64,000 bases of DNA from Gammaproteobacteria bacterium (GTDB taxonomy: Bacteria; Pseudomonadota; Gammaproteobacteria; JAPPPA01), in contig JAUHZK010000007.1 in assembly GCA_030425645.1 (NCBI GenBank), forward strand, positions 91,116 through 155,115. The letters are read 5' to 3'. A program made the translations under genes and the position numbers. A model generated the notes under the pieces. That model saw nothing but the letters and a program-made list of their open reading frames with translations. It did no database searches and was not told the origin of the DNA. This document shows positions 26,368-35,368 of this stretch, piece after piece; position 1 is the stretch's first letter, and every line of letters starts with the position of its first letter.

Positions 26368-26904
26368 TTATAAAACACTCTCTATCTCTGAGCTTATGTG
26401 TCTGGCCTGTGTGACTTGCTTCCGCCTCATTTCGTCAGAGGCTTTCAAAATATCCCATAGCTCGGTGCGCTTTGTTCCACCGTCGCTATCATTCTCTGCC
26501 TTGCCAAGGCCCGCTATTTGGCTGTGTAGACGAGCAACTTGTCTTTCTAAACGCTCGTTGTCAGAAGTCAAAAATTGAAGCCTTGCAGTCATAGCATTAA
26601 GGCGGTTGGCTTCTTGTGTTTGTTTCATTTGCAACCATAGTGCCTTGGCTTGCTCGGCGTTTGCGTCGGTGCTGGCCTTTAGCTCTCGTCCCTGTAGCAA
26701 GATAGCAATAAGCCCAAGCGTAATTGCCATTGTGGTGAAAATTCCGTCAGTGATCGCTAAGGCATCACCCAGCCCCGCTAAAGTTGTGGGTAGCTCCATA
26801 CCCTCCAAAAACGTTGGCAGCGGAGCTAATCCCGTCGCCACCAAAAGTACTGCTCCCCAAGTCGAAAGAACTAGCGCTACTAGCAGTGCAACATTCGCAT
26901 TCAT
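26368..26904 (-). CDS. Hypothetical membrane protein (two TM helices + coiled coil)
   Basis: Two hydrophobic segments (..GLGDALAITDGIF..LIAILLQGREL) followed by a heptad-rich region. Start moved to ATG 26904. Confidence 0.7.
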   Translation of the reverse strand: MNANVALLVALVLSTWGAVLLVATGLAPLPTFLEGMELPTTLAGLGDALAITDGIFTTMAITLGLIAILLQGRELKASTDANAEQAKALWLQMKQTQEANRLNAMTARLQFLTSDNERLERQVARLHSQIAGLGKAENDSDGGTKRTELWDILKASDEMRRKQVTQARHISSEIESVL

Positions 26905-26959
26905 ATTGATTACCTGTGCTTTTTGACAATTATTTTTAACCAACGCATAAGGCCTAACC

Positions 26960-27008
26960 CACGTTATTAGTAAAACTAATTGAGTCACTATTGCACGCTC
27001 AATAGTAT
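26960..27008 (+). promoter_or_regulatory. Repeated element promoter module, copy 3 (upstream of sORF-xis-int)
   Basis: CACGTTATTAGTAAAACTAATTGAGTCA, with -35 TTGAGT 26980-26985, 17 bp spacer, -10 TAGTAT 27003-27008. Confidence 0.75.
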
Positions 27009-27032
27009 GGGCGCCTCTAATAAGGAAGAGGC

Positions 27033-27131
27033 ATGAACCAATACGAAAAAACTATATATAACAGGCGAGTAGAGTGGCGCCAAGCGCACGTAAAAAATAC
27101 AGACTCAAGTGAAACCGGAGGTGACTCATGA
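27033..27131 (+). CDS. 32-aa small ORF coupled to the xis-like gene (not in ORF track)
   Basis: TAAGGAAGAGG RBS. MNQYEKTIYNRRVEWRQAHVKNTDSSETGGDS*, with an ATGA stop/start overlap at 27128-27131. Confidence 0.5.
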   Translation: MNQYEKTIYNRRVEWRQAHVKNTDSSETGGDS

Positions 27132-27352
27132 AACCTTCTGATCAACTTGGATCAACATATTCACGATTTTTATCGAAGCAGGAGCTAATAGATTTAACAG
27201 GCAAGAGGGCTGCTTCAGCCCAACGCCGTGCGTTAGATTTTATGAAACTGCCCTACATAAGGAGACCCGACGGCACACCAGTTGTCACGTCTGGAATCTT
27301 TGAAAGCAGAGGCAATAGGAAAAACTCACCTAACTGGGAGAGCTTGTCATGA
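27128..27352 (+). CDS. DUF4224-like protein, probable excisionase/RDF
   Basis: FLSKQELIDLTG....AQRRAL.......RPDGTPVV...PNW pattern. ATGA overlap with the integrase. Confidence 0.75.
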   Translation: MKPSDQLGSTYSRFLSKQELIDLTGKRAASAQRRALDFMKLPYIRRPDGTPVVTSGIFESRGNRKNSPNWESLS

Positions 27353-28374
27353 AATCATTTGCGCAAGGAGTCCGCTGGAAGTGCGGCGCATATCGTTATC
27401 GCGTACCCCGCTGGGTAGAGCAAAGCACCGTGGATAGCGTATTCAACGGGAAAAGAGAATATAAATTAGGTAAAACCCAATATGAAGCGGCGGTCGAGTA
27501 TGCCCGCGTTATGCGTGAGCTTGAGGGACCAATTAGTACCATAGTAACCATGGGCGACTTAATGACCCGTTATAGGTCGGAAGTCGTCCCTCTGAAGCAC
27601 CCCAAGACTCAAACAAGCAATATCATTAGCTTAAACAGGCTTTACAGTGTTTTTGCCAATATTCAACCAATTAACTTTGAGACCACTTTTGTCTTCCAAT
27701 ACCGAGACAAGCTAAAGGACACACGAACTAGCGCCAACAGAGACTTAGAAGTTTTAAGCCATCTTTTTAGCAAAGCGATTGAGTGGGGGGTTATAAAAAA
27801 CGAAGCACACCCAATGAGGGGATTGAACTATAAATATAGCAATCCCCCACGAGACAGGTACGTGAGCGACACAGAAGTCGAAGAAGCCCTTAAGGTGGCT
27901 TCTCCATTCCTATACGCCTATATCCAGCTCAAGCTCTCTCTGGGGTTGCGCAAAGGCGACATGCTACGCATTAAGCTCTCTGATTTGACTCCCGAGGGCA
28001 TACAAGCGACCAATACTAAAACAGGCAAAAAAACTTTATATACGCTGACTCCAGAGAGAAAAACGGCATGGGACTTATGCCTTAAAGCTCGACCAAGGAG
28101 TCGCACTCACTTCAATCTTTTGTTCTGCACAAGAGACGGCAAACCCTATATTGACGAGCAAGGCACAACCTCTGGTTTCGATAGTGTATGGCAACGCTTT
28201 ATGAAAAAAGCTTTGGCAGAAACCAATCTAGAAGAAAGATTTACGGAACACGATCTAAGGGCAAAAGTTGCTAGCGACAGCAAAGACAGCGAACAAGCGC
28301 GCAAGCGTATGGGCCACACCAGCTCTGCCGTAACAGAACGCGTATATAGGAGAAAAGCTGAGAGAGCAGACTAA
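27349..28374 (+). CDS. int: Tyrosine recombinase/integrase
   Basis: ANRDLEVLSHLFSKAIEWG, GLRKGD (Arg), KTGK, HDLRAK, MGH, VY catalytic set. Adjacent to the att site. Confidence 0.93.
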   Translation: MKSFAQGVRWKCGAYRYRVPRWVEQSTVDSVFNGKREYKLGKTQYEAAVEYARVMRELEGPISTIVTMGDLMTRYRSEVVPLKHPKTQTSNIISLNRLYSVFANIQPINFETTFVFQYRDKLKDTRTSANRDLEVLSHLFSKAIEWGVIKNEAHPMRGLNYKYSNPPRDRYVSDTEVEEALKVASPFLYAYIQLKLSLGLRKGDMLRIKLSDLTPEGIQATNTKTGKKTLYTLTPERKTAWDLCLKARPRSRTHFNLLFCTRDGKPYIDEQGTTSGFDSVWQRFMKKALAETNLEERFTEHDLRAKVASDSKDSEQARKRMGHTSSAVTERVYRRKAERAD

Positions 28375-28378
28375 CTCC

Positions 28379-28411
28379 GTGGGATAAACCACGGTTTGTG
28401 GGATAAGCTCT
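28379..28411 (+). repeat. Putative integrase arm-type sites (GTGGGATAA)
   Basis: GTGGGATAA 28379-28387 and GTGGGATAAGCTCT 28398-28411. The same 14-mer occurs at 21228-21241 near the other att. Confidence 0.6.
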
Positions 28412-28441
28412 CCGGCCCGAAGGCCGGAAACCCTTATAAAA

Positions 28442-28517
28442 TGGTGGGTCGTGTAGGATTCGAACCTACGACCAATTGGTTAAAAGCCAACTGCTCTACC
28501 AACTGAGCTAACGACCC
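28442..28517 (-). tRNA. tRNA-Lys (anticodon UUU)
   Basis: Reverse complement GGGTCGTTAGCTCAGTTGGTAGAGCAGTTGGCTTTTAACCAATTGGTCGTAGGTTCGAATCCTACACGACCCACCA, 76 nt with encoded CCA. Confidence 0.98.
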
Positions 28518-28604
28518 AAAACGCTGTTTGTAGCTTAACTACTTGCAAGCTGGTTGGTACAGCATGCTAGCGAGGCGCGAATTCTACGAATTTATGCAAA
28601 AAAC

Positions 28605-29324
28605 TCAAGTGTTTTTTTCATCCGTTGCTAGGTATTGAGTCGGATCATCAACACCAGCCTCAGAAAAACCAGCTTGCCGTATACGGCAAGAGTCACAACG
28701 ACCGCAGGCTTTACCTTCGGCATTGGCCTGATAACAGGAAACCGTTTGCCCGTAATCAACACCCAGAGCTAGGCCTTGGCGAATAATGTCTGCCTTAGTT
28801 AAATCAATTAGCGGCGTTTCGATCGCAATCGTGTCACCTTCGACACCGGCCTTGGTTGCCAAGTTAGCCATGGTTTGAAAAGCACTGATGTACTGCGGAC
28901 GACAGTCGGGGTAGCCGGAGTAATCAACCGCATTAACGCCGGCAAAAATGGCCTGCGCTCCCAGCACCTCTGCGCAACCCAGAGCAACGCTGAGCATAAT
29001 CGTATTCCGCGCCGGCACATAGGTAACCGGGATACCGCTCTCAAGCGGCTCATCGGCCTCATGCTCTGGCACAGCAATATCGTCGGTTAACGCTGAGCCA
29101 CCGATGGCACGCATATCCACATCAACAATCCGGTGCTCAATGGCACCCAGTTGCTGGGCAACTCGCTTGGCGGCGTTTAGCTCTGCAATATGGCGCTGGC
29201 CATAAGAAACACTTAGGGCGTAACAGGCGTAGCCCTGAGCTTTAGCCATCGCCAAGGCGGTGGCAGAGTCCAAGCCACCCGAGAGCAGCACCACCGCGCG
29301 CTTATTGACAGCATAACTACACAC
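28605..29324 (-). CDS. queC: 7-cyano-7-deazaguanine synthase
   Basis: [30 protein letters not shown]...CGRCDSC. Probable GTG start overlapping the queE stop. Confidence 0.95.
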   Translation of the reverse strand: MCSYAVNKRAVVLLSGGLDSATALAMAKAQGYACYALSVSYGQRHIAELNAAKRVAQQLGAIEHRIVDVDMRAIGGSALTDDIAVPEHEADEPLESGIPVTYVPARNTIMLSVALGCAEVLGAQAIFAGVNAVDYSGYPDCRPQYISAFQTMANLATKAGVEGDTIAIETPLIDLTKADIIRQGLALGVDYGQTVSCYQANAEGKACGRCDSCRIRQAGFSEAGVDDPTQYLATDEKNT

Positions 29325-29991
29325 CGGGCTTATTTCCCCATAGCAATTTGTGTAACTGCATTTGCAGCCGCACTGGAAGCTTGTCGTCCAAAATCCATTG
29401 CGCCAGCTCAGCAGCATCAAGCTGTTCGTGACTGGGCGAAAACAATACCGTACAGACGTCGGCTAACGACTTTTCCTGCAGCAGCTGTTTGGCCCAGTCA
29501 TAGTCCGCCCGCGAACAAAGCACGATTTTAATTTGATCCTGTGGCGTTAAATGCGACAAGTTTTCCCATAAGTTTTTGTCGCATTCAGCCGAATCTGGAG
29601 TTTTTAAATCCAACACTCGGATCACCCTTGGATCGGTAACCGAGATATCCATAGCGCCACTGGTCTCGAGTGAAACACTCAGGCCTTCATCCAATAAGCG
29701 CGATAGAAACTGGGAGCAATTCTTTTGCGCCAGAGGCTCTCCCCCTGTGACACAAACATGAGGCGTACCGTGACTTTTAATTTCAGCCACTAGCTCATCA
29801 AAACTGCGCCAATCGCCACCATGAAATGAATAAGTGGTATCGCAATAAAGACAACGCAACGGGCAACCCGTTAGGCGCACAAACACAGTCGGCAAGCCAA
29901 CTTGTAAGGCCTCACCCTGTAGCGAATAAAAGACTTCGGTAATTTTCAGGCGCTCGGCACGTTCGGCCAAGCGCCCTTTACTATCTGACAT
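29317..29991 (-). CDS. queE: 7-carboxy-7-deazaguanine synthase (radical SAM)
   Basis: [37 protein letters not shown]. Confidence 0.95.
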   Translation of the reverse strand: MSDSKGRLAERAERLKITEVFYSLQGEALQVGLPTVFVRLTGCPLRCLYCDTTYSFHGGDWRSFDELVAEIKSHGTPHVCVTGGEPLAQKNCSQFLSRLLDEGLSVSLETSGAMDISVTDPRVIRVLDLKTPDSAECDKNLWENLSHLTPQDQIKIVLCSRADYDWAKQLLQEKSLADVCTVLFSPSHEQLDAAELAQWILDDKLPVRLQMQLHKLLWGNKPGV

Positions 29992-29996
29992 ATGAG

Positions 29997-30725
29997 TTAG
30001 AAGCTAGCGAGCTTTTGCTGCGCGAGTTTAGCCTGCGTAGTGCCGGCATAGTCGGTTACTACTTGTTGCAGCAACTTACGCGCTTCGTCTTTATGCCCTT
30101 GAGCCAAACGGGTATAGCCTAGCTTTAACATCGCATCACGGCCCTTTTTGCTGCCCGGGTATTGAGTCAACACCGCCTCAAAGGCTGTAGCCGCTTTAGC
30201 AAAGGACTGCCCCACATACAAACTTTCACCCAACCAATACTGGGCATTAGGTGCCAAATCATGCTGCGGGTATTGCTTCAAGAACTGCGTAAAGCCAACG
30301 TTGGCTTGGTCATAACGGCCTTTTTTCAATAAGCCGAAGGCCTGGTCATAGGCTAGCTTGGCATTATCCGTTGCTACCGGCGAAGCGCCACCAGTGCTAG
30401 CACCGTTGGATTCCAACGCTTGCAAACGGCTATCCAAATCAACATAGAGATTTTTCTGCTGGGTGCGCAACTGGGTTAACTCAAAACTCATGCGCTCTAA
30501 CTCACCACGTAACTCTCGTTCACGGGCCTGCAACTCTTGCAGGTCGGTAAACAGGTTCACTTGGTTTTGCCCCTGCGCACGACGCTCCAGATCAGCAAGC
30601 CTAGAGCTCATCTCGTTAAGTTTTACTTCCGTAGGGCTAGGCTGCCCCGGTTGCCCATTTAACGGCACACAGGCAGCAGCGCCAAGCACTAGCGAAGCAA
30701 CACCAAGGCAACGGAAAAAACGCAT
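29997..30725 (-). CDS. cpoB: Tol-Pal system protein YbgF/CpoB
   Basis: Coiled coil + TPR (NAQYWLGE, DAMLKLG). Lies downstream of pal. Confidence 0.9.
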   Translation of the reverse strand: MRFFRCLGVASLVLGAAACVPLNGQPGQPSPTEVKLNEMSSRLADLERRAQGQNQVNLFTDLQELQARERELRGELERMSFELTQLRTQQKNLYVDLDSRLQALESNGASTGGASPVATDNAKLAYDQAFGLLKKGRYDQANVGFTQFLKQYPQHDLAPNAQYWLGESLYVGQSFAKAATAFEAVLTQYPGSKKGRDAMLKLGYTRLAQGHKDEARKLLQQVVTDYAGTTQAKLAQQKLASF

Positions 30726-30733
30726 GATAAACA

Positions 30734-30773
30734 CCTATGGGTTAGGCCCTATGAGTTAGGCCTATGAGTTAGG
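30734..30773. repeat. Three tandem 13-bp repeats CCTATG(A/G)GTTAGG
   Basis: Copies at 30734-30746, 30748-30760 and 30761-30773 in the pal-cpoB spacer. Confidence 0.8.
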
Positions 30774-30780
30774 ACAACAA

Positions 30781-31314
30781 TTAGTAACGCAATTCAACAC
30801 GGCGGTTCAAAGACCAGCTGCGCTCGTCATGACCCAACGCTGCCGGTTTTTCTTCACCATAGCTAAGGATACGAATCTGAGCTGGGGTCACGCCGTAAAG
30901 CAACATCATGCGACGCACTGATTCTGCCCGCTGTTGCCCCAAAGCAATATTGTATTCACGAGTACCACGCTCATCGGCATGGCCTTCTAGCACGACACTC
31001 TCAGACGGCGTAGCCGCCAAGTACTTAGCGTGCGCCTCTACCAACTGGCGACCTTCAGCACTGAGGCTAGAGTCGTCAAAGGCAAAATAGATAACACGAC
31101 TCTGCAGTGGCGAGTCGGGATGATTTAACGGGTCTACCTGCCAAGCCGGGCCACGCTCAATCGTAGTCACCTGGGCACCAGAGCCATTACTACCGTTGCT
31201 AGCAGCCGGGTCAAAACCACCATTTTCATCGGTTTTCACTACATCTTGACCACCACAAGCAGCCAACAGTGCAATTCCAGAAACCAGTAAACCGTTACGT
31301 AATATCTTGTTCAT
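30781..31314 (-). CDS. pal: Peptidoglycan-associated lipoprotein
   Basis: Lipobox LAAC, IYFAFD, EGHADERGTREYNIALGQQRA, SYGEEKP. Confidence 0.96.
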   Translation of the reverse strand: MNKILRNGLLVSGIALLAACGGQDVVKTDENGGFDPAASNGSNGSGAQVTTIERGPAWQVDPLNHPDSPLQSRVIYFAFDDSSLSAEGRQLVEAHAKYLAATPSESVVLEGHADERGTREYNIALGQQRAESVRRMMLLYGVTPAQIRILSYGEEKPAALGHDERSWSLNRRVELRY

Positions 31315-31352
31315 TGTTAATTCCTAGCTGTACAAGCAATAGAAGAATAGGT

Positions 31353-32648
31353 CTATTTTACAAAAGGTGACCAAATAGGTTCACGAATATCACCAAAAGA
31401 GTCGCTAAGCCGTTGATGCACTTGGCCGTCAACCGACACCGCCGCCAACTCCGCGCGATTTCCGCGCTGCGTGGCGTAGACAATAATGGCACCGTTCGGC
31501 GAAAAGCTTGGCGACTCATCCAAAGCACCGTCAGTCAACGTCAGCTGGCTACGGCTAGCAATATCAAATACGGCAATTTTATAACTACCGCGGTCATTGG
31601 TAACCAAGGTGAGTTTTTTGCCATCCGGCGAATAACGCGCGCGCAGATTTTCTTTACCTTCAAACGTTAAGCGCTGGATACGATTGCTGGATAAATCCAT
31701 TTCGTAAATTTGTGCACCGCCGCCACGGTTCGAGGTAAATACCAATTTGTCGCCATTCGGAGAAAACGCCGGCTCGGTATCAATCGAAGGATTACGCGTA
31801 AGGCGCTGTTTGCGCCCACTGGCAATATGGTGCAGCCAAATATCAATATTGCCGCCCTTTGAAAGCGTCAAAGCTATGCGGGAACCGTCTGGCGAAAATA
31901 CCGGCGCGCCGTTAATGCCATCTTGGCTCGACACCTTAGTCCGCTGCCCCGTACGCAGGTCTTGAATATAAATAGCCGAGCGGCCCTTCTCAAAACTCAC
32001 GTACGCAAGCTGCTGACCGTCTGGCGACCAAGTCGGTGACATTAATGGCTCAGCCGAACGGGTTACTGGGCGCGGATTGGCACCGTCAATATCTGCCACA
32101 TTCAAGACATATTGCAGGCCACCATCACGCTGAGTAAGAGAGACATAGGCGATATTGGTATTAAATGCGCCTCGCTCACCCAAAATTTTCTCGTAAATCA
32201 GGTCGCTAATGTAGTGCGCACCGGCGCGCTCCTGCCCTTTAGCCACAGGAATGTTATAGGCCGACAGGCGCTCCTGCTTAAACACGTCCAGCAGTTCAAA
32301 TTGGTAGATATAGCCGCCATTTCCGGCCGGCTTAATATTGCCCACCACCAGAAAATCCATATCGAGAATGCGCCAGTTCGGATAGTCCACGGCCGCCGAC
32401 GTGCTAGGTTTCTCTAACATATCGCCACGCGCCATCGCCTTAAAGCGCCCGGTGAGCTGTAAGTCGGTTTCAATAATGCGAGCGACGTCATTATCGCCGG
32501 TGCTGGCGCCCTCCAACATCTCAAATGGCACCACCGCAATCGGTAAAGCGCCGACTGCACCTTGTGTAATTTCAACCTTAAGCACAGCCTGCGCTGGCAA
32601 CCAGCAAGAGGCTAAAACAAGGATGGCAACTCGGAAAAACGATTTCAT
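31353..32648 (-). CDS. tolB: Tol-Pal beta-propeller protein
   Basis: [38 protein letters not shown]40 repeats. Confidence 0.95.
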   Translation of the reverse strand: MKSFFRVAILVLASCWLPAQAVLKVEITQGAVGALPIAVVPFEMLEGASTGDNDVARIIETDLQLTGRFKAMARGDMLEKPSTSAAVDYPNWRILDMDFLVVGNIKPAGNGGYIYQFELLDVFKQERLSAYNIPVAKGQERAGAHYISDLIYEKILGERGAFNTNIAYVSLTQRDGGLQYVLNVADIDGANPRPVTRSAEPLMSPTWSPDGQQLAYVSFEKGRSAIYIQDLRTGQRTKVSSQDGINGAPVFSPDGSRIALTLSKGGNIDIWLHHIASGRKQRLTRNPSIDTEPAFSPNGDKLVFTSNRGGGAQIYEMDLSSNRIQRLTFEGKENLRARYSPDGKKLTLVTNDRGSYKIAVFDIASRSQLTLTDGALDESPSFSPNGAIIVYATQRGNRAELAAVSVDGQVHQRLSDSFGDIREPIWSPFVK

Positions 32649-32678
32649 AATCAGCAATTCACTATTCAAACAGGCACG

Positions 32679-33695
32679 CTACTGCGGCCTAAATAAAAAT
32701 TCTATCTCGCGCTCAAACACATCAGGGTTTGGCGGCGCAGGCAACGGCGACGCATCCTCAACGGCTTTCACAACCGAGCGTTGAAACAAGGCGTTGCCAC
32801 CGCAACGAGACGTTTGCGGCTCTACTCGCACCACTTCACCACCGGGAATCTGGGTCACGCGCAATACGCATTCCGCCACCTCAGCAGTATCAGGACGAAT
32901 CCATTGCCGCTGTACCGCCTGCGCGATTAGGCCGCGATAGATTTCCCGGTCACGCGCTGCTTCATCACTATTCTCTTCAGCCGCAATCGCCGCTGCCAAT
33001 TCACTTTCTAGCGCCGCTCGACGGCGCGCCTCTTCGGCACGCTTTTTAGCCGCGGCTTCCTCTTTAGCCTTACGTTCTGCGGCCGCCTTCTGACGCGCCG
33101 CCTCCTCAGCTTTCGCCTTGCGCTCAGCTTCTGCTTGCTGCGCAGCTAACTTGGCCTGCTCTTCGGCAATGCGCTTATTCTCGGCCTCCAACTTAGCTTT
33201 GGCCTCGGCTTCTTTCTTTTTCTGAGCTGCAACTTCTTTCAAACGTTGCTCTTCGGCAATTCGTTGTTTTTCAACTTCTGCTTTGCGGCGTTCTTCAGCC
33301 TTGCGCTTTTCGGCTAAGGCCGCCAAACGCTGCTGCTCTTTTTCACGTTCCGCTTTAGCCTTCTGCGCTTCGGCTTTGCGTTTTTTCTCTAAGGCTTGCA
33401 GGCGCTTTTCTTCTTCTTGGCGCTTCTTTTTAGCCTCAGCCGCGGCGGCCTTAAGTTTATTCTGGCGGTCTTCTTCAGCCTGTTTCTTTTGATCTTCCAA
33501 GGCCTGTAGACGCGCCACTTCCTGCTCAACCTGATTGGCATCCAACACTTCGGCCAGCACCGGCTCGGGCAGGTTGTTACTAGGCGGTGGCAGTACGGTT
33601 TTACCACTATCTAAATTAAAGGTAATTAACAGCGAGCCAAGCAGCACAACGTGTAAACCGACCGAGCTAAAAAAAGCTTTAATGGTAGTGAGCAT
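32679..33695 (-). CDS. tolA: Cell envelope integrity protein
   Basis: TM with S..LH motif, long Ala/Lys/Glu helix, C-terminal TonB-like domain. Confidence 0.9.
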   Translation of the reverse strand: MLTTIKAFFSSVGLHVVLLGSLLITFNLDSGKTVLPPPSNNLPEPVLAEVLDANQVEQEVARLQALEDQKKQAEEDRQNKLKAAAAEAKKKRQEEEKRLQALEKKRKAEAQKAKAEREKEQQRLAALAEKRKAEERRKAEVEKQRIAEEQRLKEVAAQKKKEAEAKAKLEAENKRIAEEQAKLAAQQAEAERKAKAEEAARQKAAAERKAKEEAAAKKRAEEARRRAALESELAAAIAAEENSDEAARDREIYRGLIAQAVQRQWIRPDTAEVAECVLRVTQIPGGEVVRVEPQTSRCGGNALFQRSVVKAVEDASPLPAPPNPDVFEREIEFLFRPQ

Positions 33696-33696
33696 G

Positions 33697-34149
33697 CTAC
33701 TGCGCAGCCTCTAGGTTACGGATTGCTGGCGGCGGGTCCGTAATCAAACCGACCTTTGGTGCACCGGCCTTTTGCAGTAGCGCCATCGCCGACACAACAC
33801 GACCATAGTTGACGCCACGGTCACCTTTCACCATTACTGGGGTATTTGGCTTTAGTCGCAATACCGCGGCAGCTCTAGCCATCAATATCTGTGGCGCAAC
33901 CGGTTGATCCGGCTCGTCACCGACGTTTAAAAAGAATTGGCCGTCAGCATCAACACTCACCACTAGGGGTTCCTGACCTTCCGCCTCACTCGGATCCAAG
34001 GCCTTAGCATCCGCCTTCGGCAGATCCACCGTCACCCCCTGGGTTAACAAAGGCGCGGTAATCATAAAGATCACCAGTAGCACCAACATCACATCGATAT
34101 AGGGCACTACGTTCATTTCCGCCATTACGCGACGTTTTTGCTTAGCCAT
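33697..34149 (-). CDS. tolR: TolR
   Basis: AEMNVVPYIDVMLVLLVIFMITAPL. Confidence 0.95.
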   Translation of the reverse strand: MAKQKRRVMAEMNVVPYIDVMLVLLVIFMITAPLLTQGVTVDLPKADAKALDPSEAEGQEPLVVSVDADGQFFLNVGDEPDQPVAPQILMARAAAVLRLKPNTPVMVKGDRGVNYGRVVSAMALLQKAGAPKVGLITDPPPAIRNLEAAQ

Positions 34150-34176
34150 AAGTTATTCCCGAACGAGCTGGCCGCC

Positions 34177-34869
34177 TTACGCCTTGTCTGCAGGGCCTTG
34201 TAGGTGGCGCAACAAGATCTGCGTCAACTCTTCAGCAAAGGTTTCATAGCGCGTATCCAGTCGTTCTACCCGATTAGACAAACCGTTGTAGGCCACCACC
34301 GCCGGAATCGCTGCAAACAAACCCATGGCTGTAGCCACCAAGGCTTCTGCAATACCTGGTGCAACCATCGACAGCGTTGCCTGCTGCACGCCGCCTAAGG
34401 CTCTGAACGAGTTCATGATGCCCCAAACAGTACCGAACAAGCCGACATAGGGAGAGGTGGAGCCAATCGTCGCCAGCATTGTCAATTCGGCTTCTAAGCT
34501 GTCGATTTCGCGGGTAGTGTGGACTTTCATCGCGCGCGTAATGGCCTCATCCGGCGCAAAACCATGACGCGGTTTGTCCTCATCCTGAGCAACCCGCAAA
34601 TACTCTTTAAAGCCCGCCAAAAAGATTGCCGCCAAACCCTGCTGTTGACCGCTTTCGCGGACCTGGTGGTACAACTGCGTGAGATCGTCAGCTTTCCAAA
34701 ACTGCTGCTCAAAGTTCTGTGCCGCCTTTTGGGCCACGGCCAGCTGGCGACGTTTTTTCAGAATAATCGTCCAAGACGCCACTGAAGCTAACAGCAGCAT
34801 TAGCATCACTAACTGCACCAGCAAGCTAGCGCCAGTAATAAGCCCCAAAATCGACATATCGTGGTTCAT
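34177..34869 (-). CDS. tolQ: TolQ
   Basis: LATIGSTSPYVGLFGTVWGIM, VAPGIAEALVATAMGLFAAIPAV. Confidence 0.96.
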   Translation of the reverse strand: MNHDMSILGLITGASLLVQLVMLMLLLASVASWTIILKKRRQLAVAQKAAQNFEQQFWKADDLTQLYHQVRESGQQQGLAAIFLAGFKEYLRVAQDEDKPRHGFAPDEAITRAMKVHTTREIDSLEAELTMLATIGSTSPYVGLFGTVWGIMNSFRALGGVQQATLSMVAPGIAEALVATAMGLFAAIPAVVAYNGLSNRVERLDTRYETFAEELTQILLRHLQGPADKA

Positions 34870-34877
34870 GTTTCTTC

Positions 34878-35333
34878 CTATTCAGCCGCGCCTAATGCCG
34901 CCGCTCCTTGAATAAATTTTTGTTGCACTTCGGCTGGTATCCGCACCGGCTTCAAGCTAACCGCATCAACGGCCGCGGCGCGCACGTTACCACTCAGCAA
35001 AACCGCTTCCGGTGTCTCTCCCGCGCGCCATATTCGCTGTTCAAAGCTCAGGCTGGCCTTGCCTATTTGCACATTTTCTACTGACACTAGCAGCTCGTCG
35101 TTATAACGCGCTGGTTTGATCCAATTTAACTGGCTCGCGGTCACCACAAAGACGACGCCGCTGTTGTCACGCACTTGATCCTGTTCAATACCAATGGAGC
35201 GTAACCATTCACTGCGCGCACGCTCCATAAAGTGGAGGTAGCGGGCGTGATAAACAATTTGTCCAGCATCGGTATCTTCCCAATAGACCCGAATTGGCCA
35301 AGTAAACACGGCTAGCCCAACCTCGCTATACAA
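34878..35333 (-). CDS. ybgC: Tol-Pal-associated acyl-CoA thioesterase
   Basis: RVYWEDTDAGQIVYHARYLHFMERARSEWLR. Exact start uncertain. Confidence 0.92.
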   Translation of the reverse strand: MYSEVGLAVFTWPIRVYWEDTDAGQIVYHARYLHFMERARSEWLRSIGIEQDQVRDNSGVVFVVTASQLNWIKPARYNDELLVSVENVQIGKASLSFEQRIWRAGETPEAVLLSGNVRAAAVDAVSLKPVRIPAEVQQKFIQGAAALGAAE

Positions 35334-35368
35334 GCACAGACCATTGCTAGGCGCTTCTGTTCCATCCG

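Larger units (their letters stand above)
21062..28491. mobile_element. Integrative mobilizable element (~7.4 kb) inserted in tRNA-Lys(UUU)
   Basis: Flanking 51-bp att repeats, tyrosine integrase next to the tRNA, relaxase/MobC, RepL-like gene. Visibly more AT-rich than the flanks. No T4SS or capsid genes. Confidence 0.9.

Noticed and set aside
23098-26987. CRISPR array or dif/Xer sites from the 25-28 bp repeat
   Set aside because: Copies are 1.1-2.7 kb apart, there are no cas genes and no match to the XerC/XerD consensus. The fixed 17-bp spacing to -10 boxes fits promoters.
21113-28440. Prophage or PICI
   Set aside because: No terminase, capsid, tail, lysis or AlpA/primase-helicase module; a relaxase and MobC are present instead.
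32950-33500. Low-complexity repeat region
   Set aside because: Normal Ala/Lys/Glu-rich TolA helical domain.
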